This document shows positions 38,868 through 52,201 of a stretch of DNA of 64,000 nucleotides, piece by piece. The translations under genes were made by a program, and so were the position numbers. Under the pieces are notes generated by a model. That model did not search any database. It saw nothing but the letters and a program-made list of their open reading frames with translations, and was not told the DNA's origin. The stretch is from Gordius albopunctatus (Eukaryota), in contig OZ193909.1 of the NCBI GenBank assembly GCA_964276515.1, forward strand, positions 18,042,001-18,106,000. The letters are read 5' to 3'. Each line of letters opens with the position of its first letter. The stretch's first letter is position 1.

Positions 38868-39870
38868 TAGAGCCCTGCAAAATTGAATTTTATCGGCCCG
38901 AGCCCGACTCGAGCCCGAAACTTTTTTTTCATTTTTTGCCCGAGCCCGACCCGAGCCCGATTTGTTTTTTTCACTCAGGCCCGACCCGAACCCGGCCCGA
39001 CTTTTGTAAAAATTTAAATTTGTACCAATTTTATTTTAAAAATTTATTTATAAATATATTACGTATCGCCAATATTATGTGATTTAAAATATGAATAATA
39101 AAGTGGAGTCTAATTTCTCGGGTTTTAACGAAGTCCTTCTCTCTTCGTAAGCTCGCCCAGCTGTAGAAAAGGCTCGCTCACTGCTAGCTGATGTAGCAAG
39201 CAGGTATTGCCAAATACTTTCTAGCCAAATTGCTCAAACAAGTAAATTCACTCTGATGCATCTTCCACCATTCCAAAACTTCCATACCATCAATATAATT
39301 CCTATTTAAATATTTATGTAATTCATCTTCCTCAGCTTCGTTATCTATTCTGGGCTCTTCCCAACTACTAAAATCTAAAAATTCTTCCTCCGTTATATTA
39401 TCTAGAAAAATAATAAGTGCTTAATGCAAATTAAAAAATTACCATGCTCGACGGCTATACTATGCGTAACTGTATTAACCGGAGGATTAGCCTTAATCCT
39501 TTCCTCCATAATTATTAAATTTCGTATATGATGACAAATGTCATCAAATTCATAGCGAGGCAGCATTATTAAATTTCGATACTTTGGATTTAATAATGCG
39601 GATAATTTATGAATAATATCAAGTTCAAATTTTGATTTTAAAAACGAAAGGGCCTTTTTGGCCAAAGTGTTAAACTCTTCGCTAAAAAGGGTTTTTTCAA
39701 ACATTCGATTAGTCTGTAATAGCATAAGAGTACCGTGTTAATGGTCGGCTTTGCATCAGCCTCCAATTCATCACTAGCCGTTTTAAATGGCTTCAGAAAA
39801 TTTATTAGGCTTTTAACTATTTCTATATCGATATTCTCTATAATTGCCGAATCACCCCGTGATTGCAAAA
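38868..39870 (-). pseudogene. hAT transposon 3' part: frameshifted transposase plus terminal repeat
   Basis: FLKPFKTASDELEADAKPTI, SALLNPKYR and dimerisation-domain WWK..LSNLARKY..TSASSERAFSTAG..RRTSLKPE; terminus TAGAGCCCTGCA at 38868 with CCCGA subterminal repeats. Confidence 0.88.
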
Positions 39871-40337
39871 CAGCGAGACCTGTATGCTACAACAACTAGA
39901 AAATATTTTTGTTATAATCGCTTTGGTGTAGCGAGAGATTGGCAAAATCCATTTTTATAAGGCCCGACCCGAGCCCAAAATTTTAAAGTTAAAAAAATGG
40001 GGCCCCGGCCGGGAATAATAGTTATAAAAATCTAAAATACCCCTAGTAAAAAAATTATTGAACGTTTTAATATTTACAAAATTAAAATGAACAATTTAAA
40101 AATCTTTAAATTCCTAACATAAAATTTGTTGATCTCATTGTCTTTTTATTTCACCATAAACACAAGAATGTATTCCATCTTGTTCCAGCACACAAATAGA
40201 TAGCCTGACTTAGATTATTTACCAGCCTAATTAATTTGTGTAAAATTACTTTTTCCTTTCAGCTATAAGAAATAGGTTTATTTTTTGTAGCCATTTATTT
40301 AGCGCAAAGAAAGTGTTTAACAAACTTATGTTACATG

Positions 40338-41038
40338 TAGAGCCCTGCACGGGCCGCACAAAGCCCGACCCGGCCCGATCGGGTTTCGGGTCGGGCTCGG
40401 GCAAAATTTTATAATAAAATCGGGGCTCGGGTCGGGCCTGATGTTGCGGCCAGACCCGAGGCCCGAGTCCGGCCCGAATCGAACTAAAACAAATTAATCC
40501 CTTATAAAATAGGATTTAAATAAAATTCGTTATTAAATAATTATTTTTCGCACAGCGTACATTATATAGCTTCCAAGCTTTAGCTTTTTCCCTCGTCTAT
40601 TATAATCTAACTGACCTGAATTGCAAATCTTATTCTAGTATTTAAATAGATTTATAGTAGTTGTTACAACTTTAGAAATAAGATAAGTAAATATTTCAAA
40701 AGGTTTTTTTTGTTTGAACTGTTAAAAAGATATATTATAAAGTTAAATTTTTAGCTATAAATGATTAACCGAATAAATTATAATGAGTGGAAAATTTTTT
40801 ATTCAAACTTATCCTAGTTGTAAATACGTGTAATAACAATCTAATGCATTTTATATTTAGATGGTGAAATAATTTTCAAAAATATATTTCTCAAAAATTT
40901 TATTTTAAAAATCGGGTCGGGCTCGGGTCGGGCCAAAGATAAAAAAAATCTTTCGAGCTCGGGCTGGGCTCGGACAAAATAGAAATTGAGAAGTCGGGCC
41001 GGGCACGGGCAGAAGAAATTTCATTTTGCAGGGCTCTA
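40338..41038. mobile_element. Non-autonomous hAT element (701 bp)
   Basis: TIRs TAGAGCCCTGCA / TGCAGGGCTCTA; 8-bp TSD GTTACATG; CCCGA/TCGGG subterminal repeats. Confidence 0.92.
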
Positions 41039-44000
41039 GTTACATGTAATAAATTTTTTAATGTGATGCAGTTTCAGAATGAAAGACTACTTGCTTCTCA
41101 ATTACGCCGGGCGCGGGGTCTATTATTTATAAAATAGGCCCGGCCGGATTTCAGAGCCCCTAATATTCAAGACTTGCGCTTCGGGCCACCCGTGCAGGTC
41201 CCTAGGTAGAGTTAGGGACAGAAGGAAAGAACAGCTGCCCCCTACTTTATTCCAATTTTTAGTATATAAAGCGGGGTAAAAATTCTGTAAAAAAATCATT
41301 AGGCCCCTCCCTAATTCTAATCTACTAAGCCGATGGGGTGTTCTTACTTTTAATACCCTCCAAATATTTGCTCAAAAAAAGGAACTATTTTGCGGTTATT
41401 TTTTAGACACTTTATTTCTCCTATTTATTACTATAAAAACATGATAAAAAGTTTAACGGAATTGCATTTTACAATTTCCATAGTGATTTTGCTTAATGTA
41501 GAAAATGTCTTTGAAGTAGATGTGTTTGCGATAAAAAATTTGATATTTGTGAGAAATTGGCTACCCTTGAAACCTACAATATCAAAGGTCATTTATAGTT
41601 GTTTGAAAGGAATCAGGACGGCCCCCAATTTATAATGATTTAAATAAAAAAAATAAATTTTTGTTTTTTGTTGATAAATAAATTAGCTGAACGCCCTACT
41701 TTTATCCAATCTATTCTCGATTGATCGGATAATTGTCTTTGTGTAAGTCTCTCTCATTGAAATATCCTCTTATTGGGTCATAAACCCATCTAAAGTAATT
41801 CGAGATGATCTATTGCCACTCTGAGGTCTCAATCAATGGAATTAAAATCTTTACTAGAAGACAGATGGCATTTTAAAAATGATCGTTTAAACAGGGGGGA
41901 GGGGGACGAAGGGGCTTGTGTGGTTCTAAATCCTTTTGTTTAAAAGGTCTTCTTTCATAGAACTTCAAGGTTCTGGTGAGTGAGAAGAGACACGATGTTA
42001 AAGTGTACTGACCATATATTAATTATAGAGTTCTAAAGGTCTCGTGTCAGGAAGACTATAGAGATTTATAGTTTGTAGATAAGGAATTTAACATATGTTT
42101 TTTTGCCCCTTCTTTGATCTTCTCATTTATACGGTATAACCATGCCATGGTATAACAAAGATATATTTGTAAAACATATGTCAGAGCAGAGCGACGGCTT
42201 TTTTCAAAATTTAACTTAACTAATAAGAAGTTACATTATAATTTTGTGATGCTAACTTTTTTAAAAATGTTTTTAATGGCTCCAAAAAATCCTTTTTTTT
42301 GCTAATGTCAAAAATTAATTTTTCAAAATACACTTAAATTTCCTTAAGTTTTCAAAAAATCACAAAGCATGCATGGCATGGGGCAATCATCCTCACCCCC
42401 TCCCCTTGGCAACGCGCAAGAAAGTTTGCTAAATATTTAAATTTGTAAAAAATTTATTACTATAGAAATGAATGTTTTATACATATTTCTTAAATAGCAG
42501 GGCACGGGACGTTAGTTATTGATATATTTCAATCCCTATGATACATTGAACTCTGGGCCAAGCATTGGTGCTATTTAAATATAGGTTACCCTAAAGTAGA
42601 TTAACATGGTCCAGGTGGTTTTAATTTAATCTTGTCCACGTGGCTCCCTCCATATAAAAATTGTGGACACTGTCACTACAAATATCAATTGGATATAATA
42701 ATGCAGTGAAAAGTTAGTATATATATATAAAGAGAAATGTTCACCTCTTTTATGCAGCAGGCAAAGCAGACAAAGCGAATGTTACAAGTCATTTATAAAG
42801 CACTTAAAAGAGTCCAAGAGCCCAGACCAGATGTATTATTTAATAATTTTATACGTGGAGTGTGTCACAAATACGCGATAAATAGACCAGGGAAATAATT
42901 CTGAGGAGTCTACGTAGATTTTCTTTGTGTTTCGATTCTAATGCGTTCTTATGGGGCATCATCCCATACGATTTGACTTTTTGCATAACTTTGACAAGCA
43001 TGTTTTCATGTTTTTGAACTTAAACGTTCAAAATTTTTAGTTTTTTAAATGTCTGCTTTTAACATTAATTAATTAACCTAAAATTTATTACTAGTTTATC
43101 CCAGGAGGGACGATGATTTAAGCTAAAATTAATTGGGTCGGGTCAGATGGAGGTTTATGAGTCTACTGGAATCGGAATCGGTTGAAATTTCTAAATAATT
43201 TTCGGGTTTGGGTTAAAATCACAATAAAGTTCGGTTCGGGTTAAATTGAAAAAAAGTTTATATATTGCAGGAGACCACCAGTCTAATTGAAAAGTATATA
43301 CTATAGTAGTATCAATCCGATCTGACCTAAGAGGAATATACAATTTTATTTGATTAGCAGCAGATGTTAATTTGGTTTTAAAATGGATTTGGGTTAGCCC
43401 AGCTAAACCGCAATATTCATTTAACGAGTATTGGGTCAAAACTTTAAAAGGTCATCATTGTAGCACATCAACTACATAACCTCATTTTCTTAGCCTCCTC
43501 AACTTTGTGACAAACCAGGCTAAATTATGTCACAAGAGGCTATGGATCTTGTATGCATCAAATTGACTTTCTTAAAATAGGGAGGGGGGGGGGGGGTTAG
43601 TAAAACTTTTGAAAAATTTAAATATATAGATGTCTAAATGATTTTATAAAGTTTTGTTCTTTCAATTATAAAAGATTTTAAGATGCTCCAGGAAACCCTT
43701 TTGTCATGATTTTCATTGGCATAGCCCGGGGGGGGGGCAGGGAGGGGCGGCTGACCCCCTCTAAATCCAAATATCTGTTAAAATTAATTAAAATTATGGC
43801 TAAAATTTCAAAAAATGTTCGTTTTACCTCTCTCTAAATCATTATTGCCCCCCTCTAATTCCAATGCTTGCTCATGTCATGATTATTTTAATGCAAAAAG
43901 TTTTTATCGAAAAAAAGTACAATACTTTTGCGCTACAAAAAATGCCTATTCATTAATCAACTCGAGCATTGTCTGTGACCCTTGCCGCCTTATAAATCCA

Positions 44001-47000
44001 TATTAATTTAATAATTGTACTGTTTATTGTAAACTTTTGCATTGGATAGACGCAGCAAAAGCAATATAAAACGTATAAGCAAGCAGCTTATTAATGATGT
44101 CTGTGTGTGTGTTGTGTATATATTATATACTCGTAAAAAATAAAACTTTAATTGAATTAACACTTTTATTCGCTTTGGGAATGCATTTATGGCGCGCGCC
44201 TGCATATTGAAGTCACGCTTACTTAGGGGATCGTACCCGAAATAAGGTAGTGGGCAAAGCCAGGCAAGTTTGAAAATCAATGAGGCCTCATTTTATAAAA
44301 CATAAAAACTGCATATAAACACATTCATTTTTATCAATAATTTTAGATTGGACTTATGATATATTTTTTAGTATTATATAATTTTGGGCTTCCTATAATT
44401 TTCCAAACTTGAAATAAATGTATGGTTTTAGCTGTCTTGTCTTTTAGATAATTTTTATTTTTTATAAGTCTCAATTAGCTCTAAAGCTAATAAAAGCCTC
44501 AATTTTATAAAAAAAAAAAAAATTAAGGAATACATAAATACAATAATGATGTTTTTGAAAGTTTGGATACAGTTGAAAAGAGGTAAAAATGACCTCATAA
44601 ATTGCAGTGCAATTCGATCAAACTGTAATTTTCTGTAAAAATTCCGGAGTAATTGAAATAAAATATGTGTATATTACACAACCGAGTTGATATTATAAAA
44701 ATACACGAGAGTATATTATGTAAATAAATATATATTTCAAGAAGAGGCGCAGGGTGAACAATTAACGCGACAATAAGACAATATTTCACAAAGGCATTTC
44801 TTTTGTCGGTAACAATCCATGCCATGTTTGTTCGTAGTTTTACGACATTTATCCAATGCCTTTTTTTCTTTCTCTGTGTACAGCAGGCGGCTATTGCAAA
44901 AGAGACCGCAAAAAATAATAGTAGGATGAGACGTTTATAGGACCAGTTGTGGTGGGTCAGCTTGATAGCAGGGCAAAACTATTAAATCTAAATGCAAAAA
45001 AAACTCTAAAATTTCTAGCTTTTCATTCTTTCTATTAGTTTTGACACGCTGAAGATTTGGATTAAAGGAAAAACATATTGTAATTATAAATATCTCAAGT
45101 CATTATTTTTATCGTGTTTTGCTTACACCTTTATTTAACTTTATTTACTTTATTCATCTTTACAATATAAGTATTTTATAACTCTAATACTTAAATTATT
45201 TATTAAGTTTAAAGAAAAATTTGTAAGATTCAAGAGTATATTCTAGGGCCTGGATTAGGGTTGACAGTTTCAGAATTTATTTTATTATATAAATTTGATT
45301 TTCATTGTGTTTAACTTTTTTCTAATAAATCAACACTTTTTTCGCAAATTTCAAGGCTATTTTATATGCTTATTGTGTAGGTAAATCGTTAGACTTAGAT
45401 TGATATATAAAGAAACATTTAATTTTAAACAATGGGATTATGAAGGAGTTAAGTTAAACAATGTATTCTATAGTTTTGATTTCGAAGTTTTTTAGCCTTA
45501 AATTCAATTGGTATTCAGTCCTCATACAAAAAATGTCATAATAAAACCAATAAGTTTATTTAAACAATATTGGATCAATTTTAACAATGCATTTTTTAAT
45601 TTTTGTTTAGATTATTTTTTATAATAAGTTACTGATTGAAACATGCGAGCGAAATTAATTTAAGCGCCATCTAGATGGGAGATTGCCAATTTATGAGAAA
45701 GTTTCAAGTTCACTAGATATTTGTTGAAGTTTAATTTGCAGATTGAAGGGTAGAGAGGGGCGGCTGCCCCCCCCCCCCCAAAAAAAAAACTTTTGAATAA
45801 TTATAATATTGCCTAAAATTATTAAAAAATATCATTTTGCCTCTCCCCAAATCGTTATTGCCCCCCCCCCCCATACATGATTTATGTTAATCATACTTAA
45901 AAAAGGCATATATATTTACAGATAATAGAAGGGGTATAAAAAGAAGAAAATAAGTATTTGCAAAAACTTAAATATCTCCTTTATACGTTCCCTCTAAATG
46001 AGCGTGCCAAGGATGATTTAACTGAAAGAAGGGCCGAAAAGTTCAATAATATTTTACGGAGGGGGGGCGGCAAATAGGTAATAATTTTATTTAAAATAGA
46101 GTTTTGAAGAGGATTCGCACCTCTTTGTCCCAGCGTGCCGCAAAGTTTGACTTAATAACTTTACTAAAATTGATTATGCAGTAGCACAGCATGACACCCC
46201 TTTTGAGTGATATAATTCAAAGTTTGACCCTATTTTACCCCACAACGGAGCTATAACCAATTATAAATCAATTGGAATTCACGTTAATTGCATCCATACC
46301 ATACCTCTATTCCAACAATTTTTTTGCCATTTTCAAATGTCACCAACCTCGGATTTTATTTTTTGAGGGGGGGGGGGTAGTGATGCCGAGGTCAATTACT
46401 CTTTAAGATTTATCGAAAATTCCAACGGGATAATTATAAATTTAAGTGGGCGGGGGAGCAGGGATTAATAATACCAACCAATCTTTATTAATAAAGTAAA
46501 AACGGATGAAAAACCCTGCTTTCTCATTAATTTTTTTATCATCTGGCAAAAAAGTGAGGTCTTACTCAGTAGCAGGGGCTATACCTACCCCGTCCATGCT
46601 TTTAAATATTAATGGCTAGATCCTTTCTTCGTGTACTACGATGAATTGAAATTTGAAGTACTTGCACCTCAGAAATTTAGGGGATAATTGATTTATACTT
46701 CACAAAATCGATATTTCATTTTCATACCTTTAATTGGGGTTCGATGCGAATTTAACGCATTGATTATGTTTTATTTTTAATATTTGTTAACAATTATTTT
46801 ATAGAAATATAAGAAATCCCTTAACAACACAGATATAGTTGGCAGTGTAAAAATTAATATGGCTTTAGTTTAGTGTCATGCTGTTGACTTTAGAGAGGTT
46901 AGATTTAATTAAACGAGGTGCAATTAGGGTATAATTTTATTTAAGTGCTACAAATTAATAGATTTAATTGCTCCGGACACACGTGAAAGGTCAATACATT

Positions 47001-50000
47001 GGCATAAGTTTGGGTATGTGATAATACACCATAAGGTGTCGAGATGGGTCGCTTTAATTGCTTTAATTTTACACTCGCCTATAGCGTTTTGTTCAAGTGC
47101 AATGCAATTCGACGGTGTAAATTGAATAGGTTTTTATCAAATAATTTTCAAATTGTCCTTTAGTGTCGTCCGGTTGCCAACGTAATTACTATATGAATAG
47201 GAAGCAATTTATAATTAATTACAATTCAAATATGTAAACAGTTCTTCCTTCGCACTAATTTTAACATATTTTCAACTAGAATAAATGTTTTTTTTTAGAC
47301 TTTTTAAGAAATTTCAATAGGAAATTTATCAAAGTGCCGCTTGAAGGTTATATTACAGCTCTATCTTAAATTGCTGTTATCACAAGATTATTTTAAGTTT
47401 TAAATAAAAAGTTGTTTATAGTATGATGAGAAATTCTTTGAGGGGAAAAAACTGATAAGATAATATTAATATACAAACCCAGACCCATTCACAGACGATG
47501 TTGCACCCCAAAGCCAAAAAGAGTCATTTAAAGCTTTCTGCCACCCCCCCCACCCCTGCAGCTTACCCCCATATAAGAGGTGTCTCCTATGATGTCCTAT
47601 CCCACTACCCTATATCAACGACACAGGCTTCTATTTGTCCATTAATGTGATGCTTGACCATCACATCGACGCGCACACCTTCCTTTTCAATTACATATCT
47701 ATCAACGTAAAATGTATAATATATGATGCTTTGGTCACCATCGCCTAACCCTAGCAGCAGCGCATCCCATCCCCTAATGTCCCACAAATGTAACAGCCAT
47801 CATTTCAATTAAGTTTCATCATTCGCTACTACCAAATTTTGCGTCCACATAATTAATAATAATATTATGTATTTTATCATTACATTATTGATCAATAAAC
47901 AACATTGATTTTAAATCATACCTACATATGGCAACCATATTAGCGATCGATTAAAGAGCTTGGTTGGGCAAGGCCACTCCGGACATCAATCATACTTTTG
48001 TATGAGATGTCCCATTTGAAAATCATTAATCTTCACCCCCTCCCTCTAGTCCACCCATATGTGTCAAACGTGCTTGGTGGTATATAGGTTTTAAAATTAA
48101 TCGTTTATAATGTGCGTTTGCGCCTTTTAAAGCATCACTCATAAAATATTTATAAAGTACCCCGTTCCCTCCCATTCCAACATCTCTAATCTCATTTCCT
48201 CTAAACGCTATAAACACCTGTACAGTACACGGTGTAGGTTGATTTGGACGTCGGACCTCTAATTAAATTGGCTTCTCCATTTAACCCATTTCCTAACCTA
48301 GGTCCTTCTTCCCGCCTCTAGTAACTACTAATAAGTGGAACAATAACATTATCAAATTTACGACGTTATCTCTCATCCTCATGCTTGCTCCCATTTTGTA
48401 ATGATTAAATAATAATAATTAGATGTCTGATTGTTTTGTTATTAATTCATATGTTCCCCCCCCCCCAACGAGAACACAGAACTCTCTGGTAAATGAAATC
48501 CTAATGAATTCACCGATAATCACAAGAATTAACATCAAATTTCCTGGTTAGCATCCTTTTTATCACAGAGATTCTTTAATCCACGCAAAAACTAATCGTT
48601 TGAATTTTAATTTCCTAAATTTACTAATTCCTGACTGCCGTCCTTATCATCTTATTCCTATTTATTCAAATCTTTAAAGGAAAATAGAATGAGATGAAGA
48701 TTTGGGGCTCTATTTGCTGTCGCAAAAAGAAATTTCCAAATGCCCAAGGTAATTAATAAATAAATTGTGATATAAACACCTGTAACGCGATACAGGTTAT
48801 AGCATCGGGGAGCCAGTGGATGGTAGAGAGGGCCGGTTACCCCCTCTAAATCCAAAAATTGTTTAAAATTTTATATAATTCTGGCTAAAATTAATAAAAA
48901 GTTATCATAATGCCCCTCAATCCGATTCTGCCTACACCCATGGTTAGAGTTGTATTTTGCGATTTATTACGCAGTATTTGTAACTATTCTTACAATTGTT
49001 GATCTCTCATGTTAAAAGGAGATAACTTAGTGCTAGGCTATAGCGATAATTTAGGTATAGGGATTTGCTTTTTGTTGATAATAATTAAGACCCGTTAGTT
49101 TTCTTGGACAATTTTCTTGATTTCTTTACACCCCCCCCCCCCCTGGCAAGTTTAAGAAACATGGTCTGGAATTTAAGTAATAGCATATTGCTAATCCCCA
49201 ACTTCATTTATTTAACATATTTGTGGCACATATGATTGATTCCTTTGGTCAATTCACTTATTTACTCAACAAATTGCATCCGGTCAATGTGTAAAGAGTA
49301 AAGACCACCATAAATATTTGCTAATAAAATGAAAGCTTAATGAATATAGTGAAAACAAAGTTAGGGTGCAGTTTTTACGGACTTTAGTTCTGTTATGTTG
49401 TGTCCACTCTGGCTTTATGAGCAGCTGTCTTACATCAAAAAGGATTTTTACATAGAAAATATCTAGTAATGCTGAAGGATGTTTTAATACCGGAATTTGT
49501 TGTGATTTTTAAAGCTTAATACCGCCAGCCAGTCAGAATGATTTATTATTACACAATTTTATAATATCTATTGTAGTGCGTGCTGGTGTGGTAATTATAT
49601 GATATGATATACAATGTTTTTAAACTCCATATGCAACTTTTAAACCTAATATCTAAGTTGTTAAAGTTAGTATATGATGTATCCACGAATTTTTATAAGC
49701 CAACCAAGTATCCTAGATCATGGGTGTAGCCAAGATTGGAATTAGAGGGGGGGGCAATAATGATTTAGGGAGGGAAAAAATGATAATTTTTTGAAATTTT
49801 AGCCATACTTAGATTACACTTTTAAGACTTTTTAAATTTAGATGTCTTTAATTTAGAGTGATTAGATTTTTTCATTAAAACTTTATTAATTTATAATAAG
49901 CCCACAAATAAGGGTTAAGATTATGACGAGGGCGAAATTTTAAGTTTAGAATTTTAAATCATAATAGGAGTGTCATTTTTAGATTTTACAAAGAGGGGGG

Positions 50001-52201
50001 TAATGTGTTATATACATGATTTTAAATTACCGATTGCCTAGAAATGAAGTTTGCCGTTAGAAAATTATTAAAGTAGGTTATGTTGTAATAATTTGGATTA
50101 TAATATAGAAAATATCCTTACTATTAGTTGAAAACAATTTTTACGGAAGTGAATAATTAAATTTTTTTTCATTTTTAGACACTCGGTAGGGTGGGGAAAT
50201 CGCTAAATATAAGGGCTATGCTTTGGTCAAAACTTTAATTCGATAAGGAAAAGGATTCAATTTTGAATGTTGCTAATTTCCATACAACTAACGAGAGACC
50301 TATTATATATTATCCACAAAATCATGCAAAATATTATTAAATTGGATACCAATGAGGGCTTCAACCCCCTCGCTTGCGCCACTGATGAAATCTAGCAAAA
50401 TTTTGATATCGCTTTTTTCGCCATATTTTTCTCACGATATTTTTGCCCCCGGGGAGGGGTAGGCCATGCTCTAGATAACTTTGAAAATTGTCATAATCGG
50501 AAGGGGTGGGGAGATCAAGTGGAACTGGAGATTATAAGGGGACGGGGGGGGGCAAAAAGGTTAAAACTAATCTCACTTCTCTTAATACAAGACAAACAAT
50601 CGCCTTTTATACTACCACCAAAAACATGAGCATAAACATAGAATGGGTGAGGAGCTTTTAATGGTGTGAAATTCAATATTTTAATGATATACAATCTTAC
50701 ACAAAAGCTAAAACTTGGTATAATACGATTATTACTTTGCATGTAATGCAGGCTAGGTGTAATCCAAACAAGGATTTTGCGAACCAAAGTTTATCGACAT
50801 TAAGGTTTAACACGACAGGGGGGGGGGGCTGGATATTATTTTGCTGTAGTATGATAGCAAAAAGTTTTGTATATAACTATAACTTTCCGTGTGATTGCTA
50901 GTGCAGATGACCTCTATTTTCCCACATACACTGAACACCGGACTTCAGATTTATGAAAGTGAACGGACGTTAATATGCTATAAAGCCTAGGCTGGATGGA
51001 TAGTATAGTGAGAATTATTATTATATGATGCGGTGACGGCTTTACATACTTATTAATTATTGAATATAGTGGTTTCGAATTGCATAAAATGTATTTTCCA
51101 TTGAAATACGGATATTTGGAGTTTGTTGTTAGCATAACTCTTATCTTAAATATACGAAAAGTTGTGAATAAAACATGAAAAAGTCGAATAATTTAAGAAT
51201 ACTTAAAACAATATACTTTAAATACCTTAATTTAAGACTATATTAATAAAATGTCCACATTAATAGCCATTGAGGCAGGGAAAAAGGCAAATCACTTCTC
51301 TCCCCTAAAAGCCAAAATAGTTTATTTTATATATTCAAACACTAAAATTTAATAAATTTTATCTTCCACCCCCCCCCCCCCTCCAAAATTTATCCCTGAC
51401 CCCCAATTTAAATATTGGCTACGTTCTTTAAAATATTTGTACCTTAAATTTTGGCGTTTTATTCATCAAGTCTCTATGTACTAAATTATAAAAAGCGTAG
51501 CAATTAAAATTTCATACACTTGCTTTTCAAGAAATTCGCTAATAAATCTACCCTATCAAACAAGATCTTTTCATGTAATATTAAAAACCATAAATTTTAT
51601 ACCTTTAACAACTGCTAACTAACTCCTTTATCAAGGGCAAAGGGGACGGGCATTATTCAATAAAACCAAGGCGTTAGCGCTATAGTATATTGGGTAACAC
51701 ATTACGTAGTTTATGATCAGCAGAGCAGAGTAAAAGGAATGGCATTCGATTTCTAGGTTGAACTTTCCCTATAATATGTAAACCTCAATCCTAATAACTC
51801 CTTTCCCCTTCCCTGTAAGCAAAGGAAGAATCTCGATATATAAAGGAAAAAACTAACATAATGTAACATAACATAGCATATGAAACATATATAATATGCA
51901 TTCTCATTTTGTAGCATATTCCAATGTCTACCACTATATATAGAGTAAAGCAGAATTCACCTTTTTACTAACTACCTTTAGGCCCCTACGGTCGACCTTG
52001 TTGCGGTTAATATCACAGTTGGCTGTTATATAATTTGAAAGGCCTTTTTACTTTAACCACTTTTTCGCTGGTCAAATTTTTTATCCGTGAACTAACATAC
52101 CCAGAATTTTACGTAGACCAAAAAGGTTTTATATTGGAATTTCCAAAATCGGGATTTATCTTTCCCTATTCATTGTTTAATGTGTGTACGCGTAAACGCC
52201 A

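Noticed and set aside
39873..41206. Additional hAT-like element enclosing 40338-41038
   Set aside because: The right end TGCAGGTCCCTA is plausible, but the left TIR is too degenerate and no TSD was found.
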